6,398 nt of DNA from Octopus sinensis (taxonomy: Eukaryota): contig NW_021832720.1 in NCBI RefSeq assembly GCF_006345805.1, positions 1-6,398 on the forward strand, given 5' to 3'. How positions within the stretch are numbered: the first letter of the stretch is position 1; every line of letters starts with the position of its first letter. Shown here piece by piece: positions 6,181-6,398 of the stretch. The position numbers and the translations under genes were made by a program. The notes under the pieces were generated by a model that was not told the origin of the DNA, did not search any database, and saw nothing but the letters and a program-made list of their open reading frames with translations.

Positions 6181-6242
<62 letters not shown>

Positions 6243-6335
6243 TGTATATATATATGTGTATATATACATATATATATACATATATACATACATATATATA
6301 TATATATGTTGTGTGTGTGTATGTCTATGTGTCTG
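6130..6335. repeat. Compound (TA)n/(TG)n/(TATG)/(TACA) microsatellite
   Basis: Directly visible. It is the source of the spurious IY-repeat ORFs. Confidence 0.95.
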
Positions 6336-6398
6336 TGTTTGTCCCCCCAACATCGCTTGGCAACCGATGCTGGTGTGTTTACATCCCGAAACTTAGCG
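6325..6398 (+). mobile_element. Probable SINE internal segment (octopus-type), running off the right edge
   Basis: TGTGTCTGTGTTTGTCCCCCCAACATCGCTTGGCAACCGATGCTGGTGTGTTTACATCCCGAAACTTAGCG resembles, from recall, the body of the high-copy octopus SINE whose 3' end is seen at 464-555, which follows a TG-rich tract. Not verified by search. Confidence 0.55.

Noticed and set aside
5482-6396. IY/TH-repeat ORFs on both strands
   Set aside because: Artefacts of (TA)n/(TG)n arrays and the duplicated unit.

Overview
AT-rich, microsatellite-dense eukaryotic DNA. The SINE-like pieces resemble, from memory and not from a search, high-copy octopus/cephalopod SINEs. The window is mostly intron of a minus-strand leucine-rich-repeat (LRR) gene that the ORF track misses. 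Two intact 72-nt, phase-2 LRR exons with canonical AG/GTAAGT sites lie at 4153-4224 and 2922-2993, and a third, broken copy (73 nt, donor GT>TT) lies at 367-439. All three are followed by the same ~20-nt intronic block, which is better conserved than the exons. The introns hold a decayed Ty3/gypsy (K02A2.6/Mag-like) LTR-gag-protease element (556-2356) interrupted by a 323-bp solo LTR with a 5-bp CCGGA target-site duplication, a second diverged gag fragment (2-136), three SINE fragments, and a CR1/L2-group LINE 3' end inside a ~572-bp near-perfect tandem duplication that may be an assembly artefact. None of the listed ORFs is a credible intact gene.
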